Made by a program: the position numbers and the translations under genes
Part shown: positions 21,901 through 29,095 of the stretch, one piece after another
How the letters are laid out: every line of letters starts with the position of its first letter
How positions within the stretch are numbered: the first letter of the stretch is position 1
Origin: Trypanosoma brucei
Taxonomy: Eukaryota
DNA: 64,000 nt
Direction of reading: 5' to 3'
Assembly: GCA_000002445.1 (NCBI GenBank)
Contig: CH464491.1
Location: forward strand, 960,001-1,024,000
The notes under the pieces: generated by a model
The model's database searches: none
What the model was told of the DNA's origin: nothing
Seen by the model: only the letters and a program-made list of their open reading frames with translations

Positions 21901-24900
21901 CTTCTTTGCCACGCTTGACCACTCACCAGCCCTCAGGCTGGGTGGGGAGTACATGCAGAGCATTTGTGCTCATCTCAGTCGGCAGTGTGTTGTTGCCGCC
22001 ATTCAGCAAGCGATGTCGCCACAGTACCGTGTCGTTCACTTTGAACATTGTCGCACCAAAGGCTGCGGTGATGTTCCGGCTTCTGCCATTGTCGACCCGC
22101 GGAACATCATCGCAAGTACCGAGCTGATCAGCCATCTGATCAATTTGCTGCGATATAGTGACACTGGTTACCTTGAAGAAAAGGTGGTATTGGCAGTTTC
22201 CCAGTTTGTGAAGGTGTATTTTAGCTCTATGACCTCAGAAAAGCGTCTCTTGAAGGGATTCCGAGAGGCCGCCGTTGCGATCACTAAGGCTCTGCACGAT
22301 GAAACAGAACCTTTCTGTGTGGAATTGCCGACTGTTTCGTACGTGGCAACAGATGCTAATTTGGTGCCCATTGCTACTATTAACGGACCAGGAGGGGTAG
22401 TATCCTTCGATGCGAACAGTCGAGGTATCGAGCAGATGACCCTCTTGCGCGACCGTAAGCAGCGGGTACTCCTTGCAAAGTATCCCGACGCACAAAGCGG
22501 TTGGCCGGAGTTAGAGGTGCCTAGCGACAGCCTTTGGTTCTATGCGAAACCAAGCATCAGTACACGGTCTGTTGCACCATCCTTCACAGTTTCAGCACGG
22601 TCGCTTAAACCGCAGGTTGCGTGCGCAATTTTTGCTGCACTTCGTGAAGTTCTCTCTTCGGATGCTCGATTCCATTGCGGTCTTGGTTCTTTCTTGAACG
22701 CACCATTCATATCACTCTTGACGGTGCGCACAGGGACGACGAAGTGCGCTGCCGTCCCCTCGTGCCGAATCTTTACCTCTGTGTTGGAGTTGTGGCGGGA
22801 ATTCCCCCAATTCTCTCAACAAGACCAATGTCCATTGAAGATAACCCTAGCTAACCTCAACGCGCCGCTCATGTCGGTTCTACAGCGTGGCCATGCATCA
22901 GTTGCATCTTCGCCCATTGGTCGCCACAACGTGAGGGTTCAAAGTGTATTTGAGCTTTTGGTGGCCGCAATTCGGACCGAAGCAGCATGGGATATTTTGA
23001 CTCATAACCAGCGGACGCAAATCCGGTGGAGGCGCCTTTGCTCGCTGTGGGAACGTTCCATTGGCTTGTGTGCGCCAGCCATAACCATCGGAGTTAATTC
23101 CTCCGCCCTGCCTGCTTCCGCCACTACAGCTTTGGGCAATTCCAATCGAAACCACAAAGTTAGCAACGTTAATGCTGGTGGGTGCGGTTTGTCGTCGTCG
23201 GAGCATAAGCATGGTTATGTACATCTGGTTTTGTTGCCTTTTTCTGGTTCCACGCTGCAGCATCAACCCAAGGCATCGATATTCCAGCGCGGCAGTGGCG
23301 TTTGGAATGCCTTCTGCGACCGGGGTTTCCTCTCGGCACGTAGTAACGTGGGCTTCAAACATGGTCGGTTTTACTTCGAGGTCCGCATTCCTGCTAACGG
23401 CGATCCCATATCAGTGGGTGCTGTCACCGAGCGGGCGCAGCAGAACTCGTTTCTCTCACCGCGGGGGCTTGGCCACGACGGCGATTCTTGGGGTTTTGAA
23501 AGTGCGCAAATGTGTCGTTTCTATCATGGCTTTCGCCATGAATTTACCATGCGTACAAAGTGGAAGGGGCTTGATGTCATAGGCATCATGCTAGACCTTG
23601 AGACGGACACACTCGCCTGCCTGCACGAGGAACGTCAAGTTAGTGTGTTCGACAATTTCAGAGCATCCTTAGGTGCAGGGGTGCCTCTATCGTTTTTCCC
23701 AGCCGTTTCATTTGGAGCGGGAGGCGTAGATGTAAACTTCGGTGCGGCGCCCTTCGCCTACCGCGTTCCAGCTGGATTCGTACCAGTTGACCCATCAAAT
23801 TACATGGCTTCACCAACGTCAACGCCGTGGATGCTTATTTCGGCGATTGACGTAAGCGAGTGCCTTGCGAGGAGTGGGAAGAAGGGCACCGGGACGGACG
23901 CTAGTGATGGTGCCGTCGTTGCCACTAGTTCCTCAAAGGAAACCCGGCAGCTCCCACCCTTTCTAGCAAGAGCTAATGCTTCTGCTGCAACTTATTATGA
24001 AGGTCGAAGTGGACCACTGTGTGTGAACCTTCTTCCTTGTGGTCCTAAAAACAAAATGACATCTGTACAGGGAAGTGAGGTACGTGCTGAAGAGGACCCA
24101 CGGTTCTTTCGGGGTAGCGTTTGTGTCCGCTCTGGACGCTGGTACTATGAGGTTGGCCTCCGTGGCGACGCATTAATAAGTGTCGGTTGGGCAACGTCTA
24201 CCGCTGCAACTGATTGGTCGCGATCAAGGGGGTTGGGCGACGATGCTGAATCATGGGTGCTCGAAGGAAACCGAGCGACGGCAAGGCACAACAAGCACAC
24301 GCGAAGTGTTGGCGGCCAGTTGTGGAAACATGGCGATATCGTTGGCTGCTTGTTGGACTGCGAAGCCGGTACGATTGCGTACACACTGAATGGCGTCCCA
24401 CTACAGGAAGCGCAAAACACCGATGGTGAAGGTATTCTCTTCCGCTCAGTGAATCATGCAAACGGCCTGATGCCGGTCATTGGTGTTGACCCTAAAAATA
24501 CCGCGGTCGTCTGCTTCTGCGAGGAAGAACTATCGCACCTTCCGAAAAGGTGTCGGGCACTTGGCACAACGAGCCCCCTAAGAAAGGCACTGGAAAATCA
24601 CTTTTGTGGAGTAGATACAAGTGGGGTGGCGGAAAGGGGCGTCAGTGGTGTTTGTAGTACCCAATTCTCTCCCTCGCTGGCGCGACGTCTGCTACTGACC
24701 CTTTCGTCTTTGACGGAACTGAACTTTCACAATGGCGCAGCTTATTGCTTGGAAGATACCCTCACGAAGACTGACAAAGCCGTACTATGTGATAAGTTTC
24801 TGGGTCACAAAAACGCCATGCAGCTCCTTGTCACGTTACAAAACCTCACGAGCTTGGCCGAAGCGGTGATCCCGTATGCAGGCGTCCCGAGCATTCCTAT

Positions 24901-26368
24901 GGAATGCGATGTGCTTCTGTCTGGTCCCATCCGTAGGGCGTTGGATCACCTTCATGACTACATGCTTCCTGCTGTTGGCTTGCGTTTCCTCCATGGCTTT
25001 TTCTCCCAGACTAGCAGCTCTGGTGAAAATCTCAAACTTACGCTCAATAGGCGGAAGGCGTTGTCGCTGGTGAAGGACACAACTGCCACGCTTCCTGAGC
25101 GCCTCAGCGGAAGCATTTTCGGTCAGGTTTACCAACTGTTACACGACAAGAATGTTTCCCTTTTCTGTACCAGCCGGAAGCTGTGGTCCGTTAATTTTGT
25201 GGGGGAAGGCGCTGATGACATTGGCGGGCCGTACCGTGAAAGCATCACACAGCTGTGTTCCGAGTTGATGGGCCCAAGCCTCCCGCTCTTTATTCCTAGT
25301 CCTAACCAAGCCAGCGAAATTGGGGAGTCTCGTGAGGTGTTTGTCGTGAGGCCTGAAATGGAGGCCCCTGTGCGGCTAAATATGTACCACTTCTTCGGTC
25401 GTTTTCTCGGCGGTTGTCTCCGTAGCTCAGAGCCGGTTCCGATTTACCTCTCCAGCCGCGTGTGGAAGACAATACTCGGTGCGCCAGTGGGCGTAAGTGA
25501 CTTGGGGAGGGTAGATGTGGCAACAGTGCAGTCGTATCGATACATTCAACAACTTAGCTCATTGGGTGGCGGTGAAGCGGGCGCTACAGATGGAGAGGTT
25601 GAAGAACTGTGTCCCGGAGGATTTACTGTTGTGGACGATATTGGAGTGGAGCGAGAGCTCTTTCCAGGAGGAAGCGCCATATCCGTCGGCCGTCACAATG
25701 TTGATCTTTTTCTCGAGCTTGCCATGGACTACAGACTGCACGTAATGGGTGAAGCGCAGGTTAAGGCAATCGCAGATGGATTTCATCAGGTGGTCCCCGT
25801 GTCTGCAGTATCGTTACTGAAGTGGTATGAACTGGAGCGCATGGTTTGCGGTCTGCCAGACTATGATGCGGATGAGCTGCTTGATGCAGCACGATATGAA
25901 GATCTAAATCCGGACAGCGTTATTGTGCAGTACCTTCGCCAAGTGCTGCGTCAGTTCTCTCGCCATGAGCGTGCATTGTTCATGCGGTTTGTGAGTGGGA
26001 GGGAACGACTTCCTTCCGGAGTGCGGCTTAAGGTAATGCTTGACACCTCTGCACAGCAGACGAGAGATGAGCGTGGTAACAACGCCTCAGGTGCCGACAA
26101 CGCGGAGAACTCCAACATGGGTGGCGATACGTTTGATGACAGCAGACTCCCACACGCCTCCACATGTTTCTACTGGTTATCGCTGCCGCGGTACAGTTCA
26201 GTGGAGGTGATGCGGGAGAGGTTGCTCTTTGCGATTCAACACTGCCTTGACATTGATGCTGACTTCATGGTGCGTGACACCGGTAGTATGGAGGATGAGG
26301 GGGAACCCATGTTGGCTGTAATTGTGGAGGACGACGACGAGTTTGAGGATTTTTCACATCTTCGGTAG
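12986..26368 (+). CDS. Giant HECT-type E3 ubiquitin-protein ligase with multiple SPRY (B30.2) domains and a ConA/LamG-like domain
   Basis: 4,460-aa uninterrupted ORF with an ATG start and a polyY tract at 12761-12810. The C-terminal HECT domain runs from ~nt 25150 to 26368, with the catalytic Cys in LPHASTCFYWLSLPRY (TGT at 26165-26167) about 67 aa from the C-terminus. SPRY-like domains lie at ~13166-13590, ~23250-23700 (GRFYFEVRIPANGDPISVGAV) and ~24050-24500 (GRWYYEVGLRGDALISVGWAT). A ConA/LamG-like segment lies at ~15100-15700 (GGHITVEVWIKMLDKNDVSVFYQHGD). Confidence 0.9.
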   Translation: MDGLSTQYLQMANGPQSQMHDPVSVVNFVDQMQLAFERSTAPRKNFLLDSTTPRGDAIITEVSAMKPGNGWVTLQVTEGIRRGVHEWGVTIENQGETTDGSGLMLGIVPKSFSKYDSFISQGGGWCLSRAGKFYGHWRRHEANASVTFGTGDRVIFILDYEAARMTVRVGDKYVVGEISNIAPEVFPAVSLHYRHQFVRFEYRKVHDRQSKKLNWIERLAFPHATVFLPLTRQQLEDVPLGSYVFSPLFAEGQGCAPPRKRQGEHGPATGESLDTEERGAKLHCDYEAHSAAKARLTVVLRAIQAVRRYCTNGVVAAHTFLDRNVTAEMLRSQRHALATRGSDRRGGGDAAVDCGALILIHMFSHSSMTITGVTMLPVLRSLQEYLRSVDLFSLSEASVGCTNAGTIVSPDVVRMAADNVAGLIDRARRNECDSSNDTAVSGMGSTDASISLIPGLTELLVLVALQCGTVCEVLRAVRVLLRAPTSDVSPEMLTWLRLNKAALTPKCYLPKLHEAYDAIEEDMEHVTPFAPTIEVKVISVGYHRGAIYVHTADTLRRWGVFVGAYTPTSTTTEPRNCCLNCTSSSIAFMKDEGVIFHTDRMAGAGIAVVVYSSSLEIQQTVMLASVPQWPTTSNYVRMCSGPGHHILLVYDVPHSDTSSALRGTAAPVPSTTAGTLTDDASKASATGIEVQVLNGKKFPEVKWRTKLQFPPFDNTTRSCVTLRKGSVIDFGNPETYLNTTGGHITVEVWIKMLDKNDVSVFYQHGDRSTSGEVFLETARLEGAWRIRGGYRHDYRGMCVVSAPFNPASESRFVHVALVFDGNWRLHFDGEEVSRTKQCLQVALENPRQRWTAGNDCVCQLAGLRVWKGGRTFREIARDSSRVLGGDEPGLVCQYLFNEHNGNVVYNHVRGEAAAGRHAIVRGAFSRTVCNDHPLLASAHSEPALGTSTVRVTAPTYDLPKLEHAHVFYDGVHLGILEQKERAFHGFAEMKCLHQAVFFDIETGRGVYGSFMLRHRYKLGLLGCDENGRYWELFQAGGQPNVSLFGQQQQQAQLPATVSAGTLSVSPSAVLEEDHIAWHDNLEFLSFTSSVKSETPGDAPKGSIYGDMGTSSPTDNDINTQHMSFGALAIWLLNLLSSFSESNDTASTNSLFSPLLDDVSVRCVQEIRQLLHEHCRPVKSISSRRSLSLKDSTSTIAIGTAMRILLRLVRRVRDFRIHPDTIGLSEAASVGDLRGVFRELNAIQRRRSTDWSKAGDSFLTTPSQAATMAKAALSVPPKDIFNSISPTYIPHVGLGLLGILLDIINESGLSLPTELGSIACIIVNEGVTLFFPTAVVRANLLREILGKEEESMTRSPALSVLLHAIVRSFTDVTSAASLLQITEPDNCIPRRNDGIEPNRSKNDDTAAAYGKLAAVKSTLSTLVVECTQQVMRQAPNNLRQSQLSLLSTMAEAIGVLQMLLFSHCDEFGTVDVHEKMNKGIENMHSLHGVVGLGTTARDYYTELFDNAGLIFETFAQRLEVMSLGEEKETSGRVSFVLDVLGNSFVGSPLHTAITALPLMCSQEESGWLLGRLNHLSLRYRALLCSLRASMTTGTTLGSHRPLHVLDTALSLASSWVASFMSLGQISAPTIREESASPSHSTVSTPPHDNATDAPSCELSATLKEICDHPLLAAGIKKDDDKNDKKMEVLMKLQQRQAEWQSIARRDVVLASKTPVEIEEVISMAAIAVVHLSSARIEVLAMNECIELLAKTLVRLKGLRSGLLDKRSKSPGDFLAVQQNAKECCHFLLRVARVSDSTVIQMPSLYLARTYADRAQGDPKRPGNVNVDNWKRAVLIMRMKRLYHRALVYGWSLIQIPAAVALVERIILSPEIKASDMREAFEERERGALRRLSGLQHMYQLFQNNARLGCKVASLLFNGRVGGGRHFELGISASGDSTRCSYRQTMYDIIRRLCEITRPITNHKGFPEATTDGSASPASSPRGVVEPCRSATLSEVLNRQWLPSDFCFFREVRVVEVMFLSFCSIFQPNASETLRHERALELSHRGAVKGNRTHPVAGIGGSNNGTTFPSSTTAMSGGRTSGSGRPLAVVAPGGVGDEGNEQTLQRTPSEWALLESLNALKSLGLQCAAALGDENAAPNEVRGCVNFLDLVFEVLDEELRKCAYYASQPYYHSQDRVLEHIGLLCTLISTFARALPAGFICTEVVCPKAAFLAFRLWLVADVMVLASAMNVGACPLAEVCVHTSILLLRHCSPAAVNPLFTKESIMSVVRKLLPAVAADCAAVGYFFSFAIRCVSGDSSTGGSGASGSALGNFGDIGISCVASLHALLCSHPWDETFSAMRGPFLADLADSANGGEAMRPNGVRLLMWIYLIGGPPSASLGPGRKVFMCVDETLAATEEAYIVDCNAKAGTATVLPIQVGAFTEEHEVPLDNLINASQDEVLLPRSEVLFQFLLPALEQCFSPRLRPHSSPLPWAVIASLLRITLAVLKKDPSASYVLLERGIIAQVDDFAFRTPAKTPLPLRYLYEMWPLLLPQTMNCQQRALFDAVTSSSKDNDAKALSSGYVYPVRTPCHDIQGPPSDPSAHTANSLFSVAAAARYSVLPRLDVECSNADVDDYNGSGNMGGSPANISGSSVGCTGSPPLFSRLQQAHSSLCLTPSVLCFSGARGDPAGTLIMKGVSKDSCIPPWADGITIEASVLLYDRLFPELGEAFVIPASWGRPPISFSLFSLYEKKGDGRRSFLRVVLDEARMDCIIETAAVSAVVISTKLLQEDWDHWIHLAVVIDSKSITLYKDGAGVAAALPKHLGVYLENLFREGSVDRLVIGNISSDGKRTGRGVVSVDETDSDEASSSGGGRSYGKSSNGVVVALDSVRLWGCARSMKMQRSAADFVAREQTLPVYGVNDGSNVTFRFSEATGNETYAEKCEGVGVLSGSVRWAPFPVFSSNVNLDKVQRTDVAPPTALPLFIPRREFESFFATLDHSPALRLGGEYMQSICAHLSRQCVVAAIQQAMSPQYRVVHFEHCRTKGCGDVPASAIVDPRNIIASTELISHLINLLRYSDTGYLEEKVVLAVSQFVKVYFSSMTSEKRLLKGFREAAVAITKALHDETEPFCVELPTVSYVATDANLVPIATINGPGGVVSFDANSRGIEQMTLLRDRKQRVLLAKYPDAQSGWPELEVPSDSLWFYAKPSISTRSVAPSFTVSARSLKPQVACAIFAALREVLSSDARFHCGLGSFLNAPFISLLTVRTGTTKCAAVPSCRIFTSVLELWREFPQFSQQDQCPLKITLANLNAPLMSVLQRGHASVASSPIGRHNVRVQSVFELLVAAIRTEAAWDILTHNQRTQIRWRRLCSLWERSIGLCAPAITIGVNSSALPASATTALGNSNRNHKVSNVNAGGCGLSSSEHKHGYVHLVLLPFSGSTLQHQPKASIFQRGSGVWNAFCDRGFLSARSNVGFKHGRFYFEVRIPANGDPISVGAVTERAQQNSFLSPRGLGHDGDSWGFESAQMCRFYHGFRHEFTMRTKWKGLDVIGIMLDLETDTLACLHEERQVSVFDNFRASLGAGVPLSFFPAVSFGAGGVDVNFGAAPFAYRVPAGFVPVDPSNYMASPTSTPWMLISAIDVSECLARSGKKGTGTDASDGAVVATSSSKETRQLPPFLARANASAATYYEGRSGPLCVNLLPCGPKNKMTSVQGSEVRAEEDPRFFRGSVCVRSGRWYYEVGLRGDALISVGWATSTAATDWSRSRGLGDDAESWVLEGNRATARHNKHTRSVGGQLWKHGDIVGCLLDCEAGTIAYTLNGVPLQEAQNTDGEGILFRSVNHANGLMPVIGVDPKNTAVVCFCEEELSHLPKRCRALGTTSPLRKALENHFCGVDTSGVAERGVSGVCSTQFSPSLARRLLLTLSSLTELNFHNGAAYCLEDTLTKTDKAVLCDKFLGHKNAMQLLVTLQNLTSLAEAVIPYAGVPSIPMECDVLLSGPIRRALDHLHDYMLPAVGLRFLHGFFSQTSSSGENLKLTLNRRKALSLVKDTTATLPERLSGSIFGQVYQLLHDKNVSLFCTSRKLWSVNFVGEGADDIGGPYRESITQLCSELMGPSLPLFIPSPNQASEIGESREVFVVRPEMEAPVRLNMYHFFGRFLGGCLRSSEPVPIYLSSRVWKTILGAPVGVSDLGRVDVATVQSYRYIQQLSSLGGGEAGATDGEVEELCPGGFTVVDDIGVERELFPGGSAISVGRHNVDLFLELAMDYRLHVMGEAQVKAIADGFHQVVPVSAVSLLKWYELERMVCGLPDYDADELLDAARYEDLNPDSVIVQYLRQVLRQFSRHERALFMRFVSGRERLPSGVRLKVMLDTSAQQTRDERGNNASGADNAENSNMGGDTFDDSRLPHASTCFYWLSLPRYSSVEVMRERLLFAIQHCLDIDADFMVRDTGSMEDEGEPMLAVIVEDDDEFEDFSHLR

Positions 26369-26828
26369 GACTGCAGGCAGCAGGGAAACTTGTCTCTGGA
26401 GGGATACCCTTGCTGAGAGTGTCGAAGTGATGTTTGTGTTTGGGAGAATGTATGTCGGTGGTGAGTGTTACCGCGGACTGTTGTAATATTTGTTCGTTTG
26501 GTGTCGGGAAGGTGGCCCCGTATGGGCTAGAACAAGAGGGATTTTTGCGAAGCTCAATGCACCGTTCTTGGGAATCAGCCATTCTGCCCCGTGTTTGTCA
26601 TTTGCCGTACCTACCCTGGCATGTTATTTCACTCTGTCATATGTCTCTCCTCTTTCGTGTGGGTGCGTCCACATACGCTCCAATTCCCTACAGAAAGGGT
26701 GTGTGAAGAAAATCAAGTAAAAAAAAGGAGGAAAACACAGCAAACCCCCTCATTTTCACACACATACACACACAGAAAAAGTGAGTAGTAATTATTGTAT
26801 TTAATAGAAGTAAATCCTGAGCGTTGTG

Positions 26829-27767
26829 ATGGAGGGAAGAGGGGGAGAAGACCCCTATATGCCTCCCCTAAGAAGGCGCCCGGGAACGCGACGGGACTAC
26901 CAGCCGCTCTACGCGTCGGACGCATCGCGTGGTCCGCGGTCCAGGCCGAACACGGCAAGATGTCATAGTCAACGTCCGGCTCCCCCGTCTGTACGCTGGC
27001 GCTCTCCGGACCACCTTAATACCAGCTACAGAGAAACTGACACATCGTCAATAATGCGTGCCACACCGAGAACTGGTCGGACACACGTTGCGGAGGAGCG
27101 GACGTCTAGGCACCAACAAAGGCGGTGCCAATCAGCAACACCTCCCGTGACGAGATCGGTGCTCTCCTGGGATCTGCAGGTACTTGACGGCGTTGAGTTA
27201 GGTTTCTCGGACCCAGGGTCATTGAGACTATTGGAGCTGCAGGTGCCTTGTTCCACAAGCGCAAATTTATTCGGCACCCACGAGCGGAGTAAGACGTTCA
27301 TTCCTGGCGATCCAGTTGGGTTGAAGTTGCGTCGCGACGCCATGAGCATCCACCCTTCGCGCCCTCGGGACCTTTGTTTCCTATCACCGGCTGCTGCGAA
27401 ACGAAACAACATACCGCTTTCCCTCGGGAACATCGGCGATGGAACGATCGCCACGATACCGTACTACCGTGTGAGTCGTATATCACGTTGCAGGTTCGCC
27501 TCCACTGACCGGCGAATCGTAGTACGTTTGACAGGTACCACTGGCCTTGTCCTTACCCTTGCTTTCACTGATAAAGCACTCTACACCACTGCCATGAAAG
27601 TTATCACTGGCTATTGCAGCAATTGTGACCGGAGGCCCGACGGGGTCAGATGTTCCTCTCCTGCTCGAAATATGTCACACCCGGAGGGTGAAGGAAGGTA
27701 CGTTTGTTTCGCTGAGCCGGAGGTGCGGACATTGCGTTCAAGCCGCGCCAACGGCTATACATATTAG
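26829..27767 (+). CDS. Hypothetical protein (Arg-rich N-terminus)
   Basis: The ORF-track start 26826 is GTG; the first ATG is 26829. The 312-aa ORF is CpG-rich, unlike the flanking UTR-like sequence. It sits 460 bp after the HECT gene, as expected in a transcription unit. It has no recognisable domain. Confidence 0.5.
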   Translation: MEGRGGEDPYMPPLRRRPGTRRDYQPLYASDASRGPRSRPNTARCHSQRPAPPSVRWRSPDHLNTSYRETDTSSIMRATPRTGRTHVAEERTSRHQQRRCQSATPPVTRSVLSWDLQVLDGVELGFSDPGSLRLLELQVPCSTSANLFGTHERSKTFIPGDPVGLKLRRDAMSIHPSRPRDLCFLSPAAAKRNNIPLSLGNIGDGTIATIPYYRVSRISRCRFASTDRRIVVRLTGTTGLVLTLAFTDKALYTTAMKVITGYCSNCDRRPDGVRCSSPARNMSHPEGEGRYVCFAEPEVRTLRSSRANGYTY

Positions 27768-29095
27768 TTCTGTAGGGCATGATGGATCCGCAGCCGTCGT
27801 TGGGGTTGTGAGGCAGGATTGCACCTGCTATTCTCATTGGTGGTGGTGGTTCCTTGTTTTTATTGTGAAGTGCTGAACGTAGGATCCTTTCTTTATGTTT
27901 TAGTTGTGTTTGTGGCGTTACGCGATGCCGAAGTGGCCAAAAGGTAGTTCACATGTATTAATACAGACTTTACAAATATTTATATATATAAGTGTGTACC
28001 TTGTCTCCTCCCCCTATTTATTTGTTTCGAATTCTTTTACTTTTCCTAACTGTTCTTTCTGTTGCGCGCTGCGCAGGGAGAATGAAGAAAGAGGGAGGAG
28101 AGAGCAAGAAAAAAAGTGAAAAAGCGGCGGTCCCTACGATAGGGGCTAGGCACCGCGTCTTTCGACCGCTCTCTCCCCTTTACCGATCTGTTGTTTGCTT
28201 AATTCGTTTGTTTTGTTTTTTTGCCTTGATGACGGGTCCTCACGGAGGCGGAGGACACCTTTTTATTATGGGCGCGCTCGCTAAGGTGGCCATGGTTTGG
28301 TTACTGTCGATAGTGTGTGTGTGTTTGTGGTTTTGTGTCTGTTGTAGTAGTCACTCACATTAACAGCACTCCAAGGGCAGCGAAAAGCCGGCGAAAAGGA
28401 CAGAATGGAAACATGGACACATATATATCCATGGAAACAAGCAAACATTCTTCCCCTAAGCAACTTTCATGTATGTATTATACCCACGTGTAAGTGCTCA
28501 TCCCACTCCTTGCGATTGACGGTAGGTGTGCATGCAGTTGCACTTACACATTACGTGATGGGGGAAGCTAGCAATGCCCTTCATAGTTTATTGTCTCCTC
28601 CCCTTTGTTCATTTTTGTTTTCTTTTCATACCTTTCCACGTTTGATATTTCTGTGGTACTCCAGAGCCTAACCTTCTCTGCTGCTTTGGTGCATCGGTGG
28701 AAACAAGGTTGGGGTTAGGGTCTTGGTGGTAACATCTTCCACCGGCCTTGTTATGTATGTGTGCGGTGCAGGGGAGCTAGCTCTGCCACGGGCCCGCATG
28801 GTTGTATCCTGTTATCCGTATTTCGCGTTCCTTTATATTTTCCCTCATCGTGATGATGCCCATCGGTTATTCAAACCCAAATTGCGGTGCGGGAGCCGTA
28901 TGTGTCCCGCTTTCAACGTTTGAGTCGCAACTTTCGACTTTGACTTTACGTCAATGCGCTCCTTCATGAATCCTTCCACTTGTCTTCTCTTCTCTTCATT
29001 CCTTCCTTCCGTACATGCATGTATGTACGTACACGTGTATAAATATATGTGTGACCGTGGATGTATCATCTTTCTAGTCGGCAGGCGAAGCGGAT

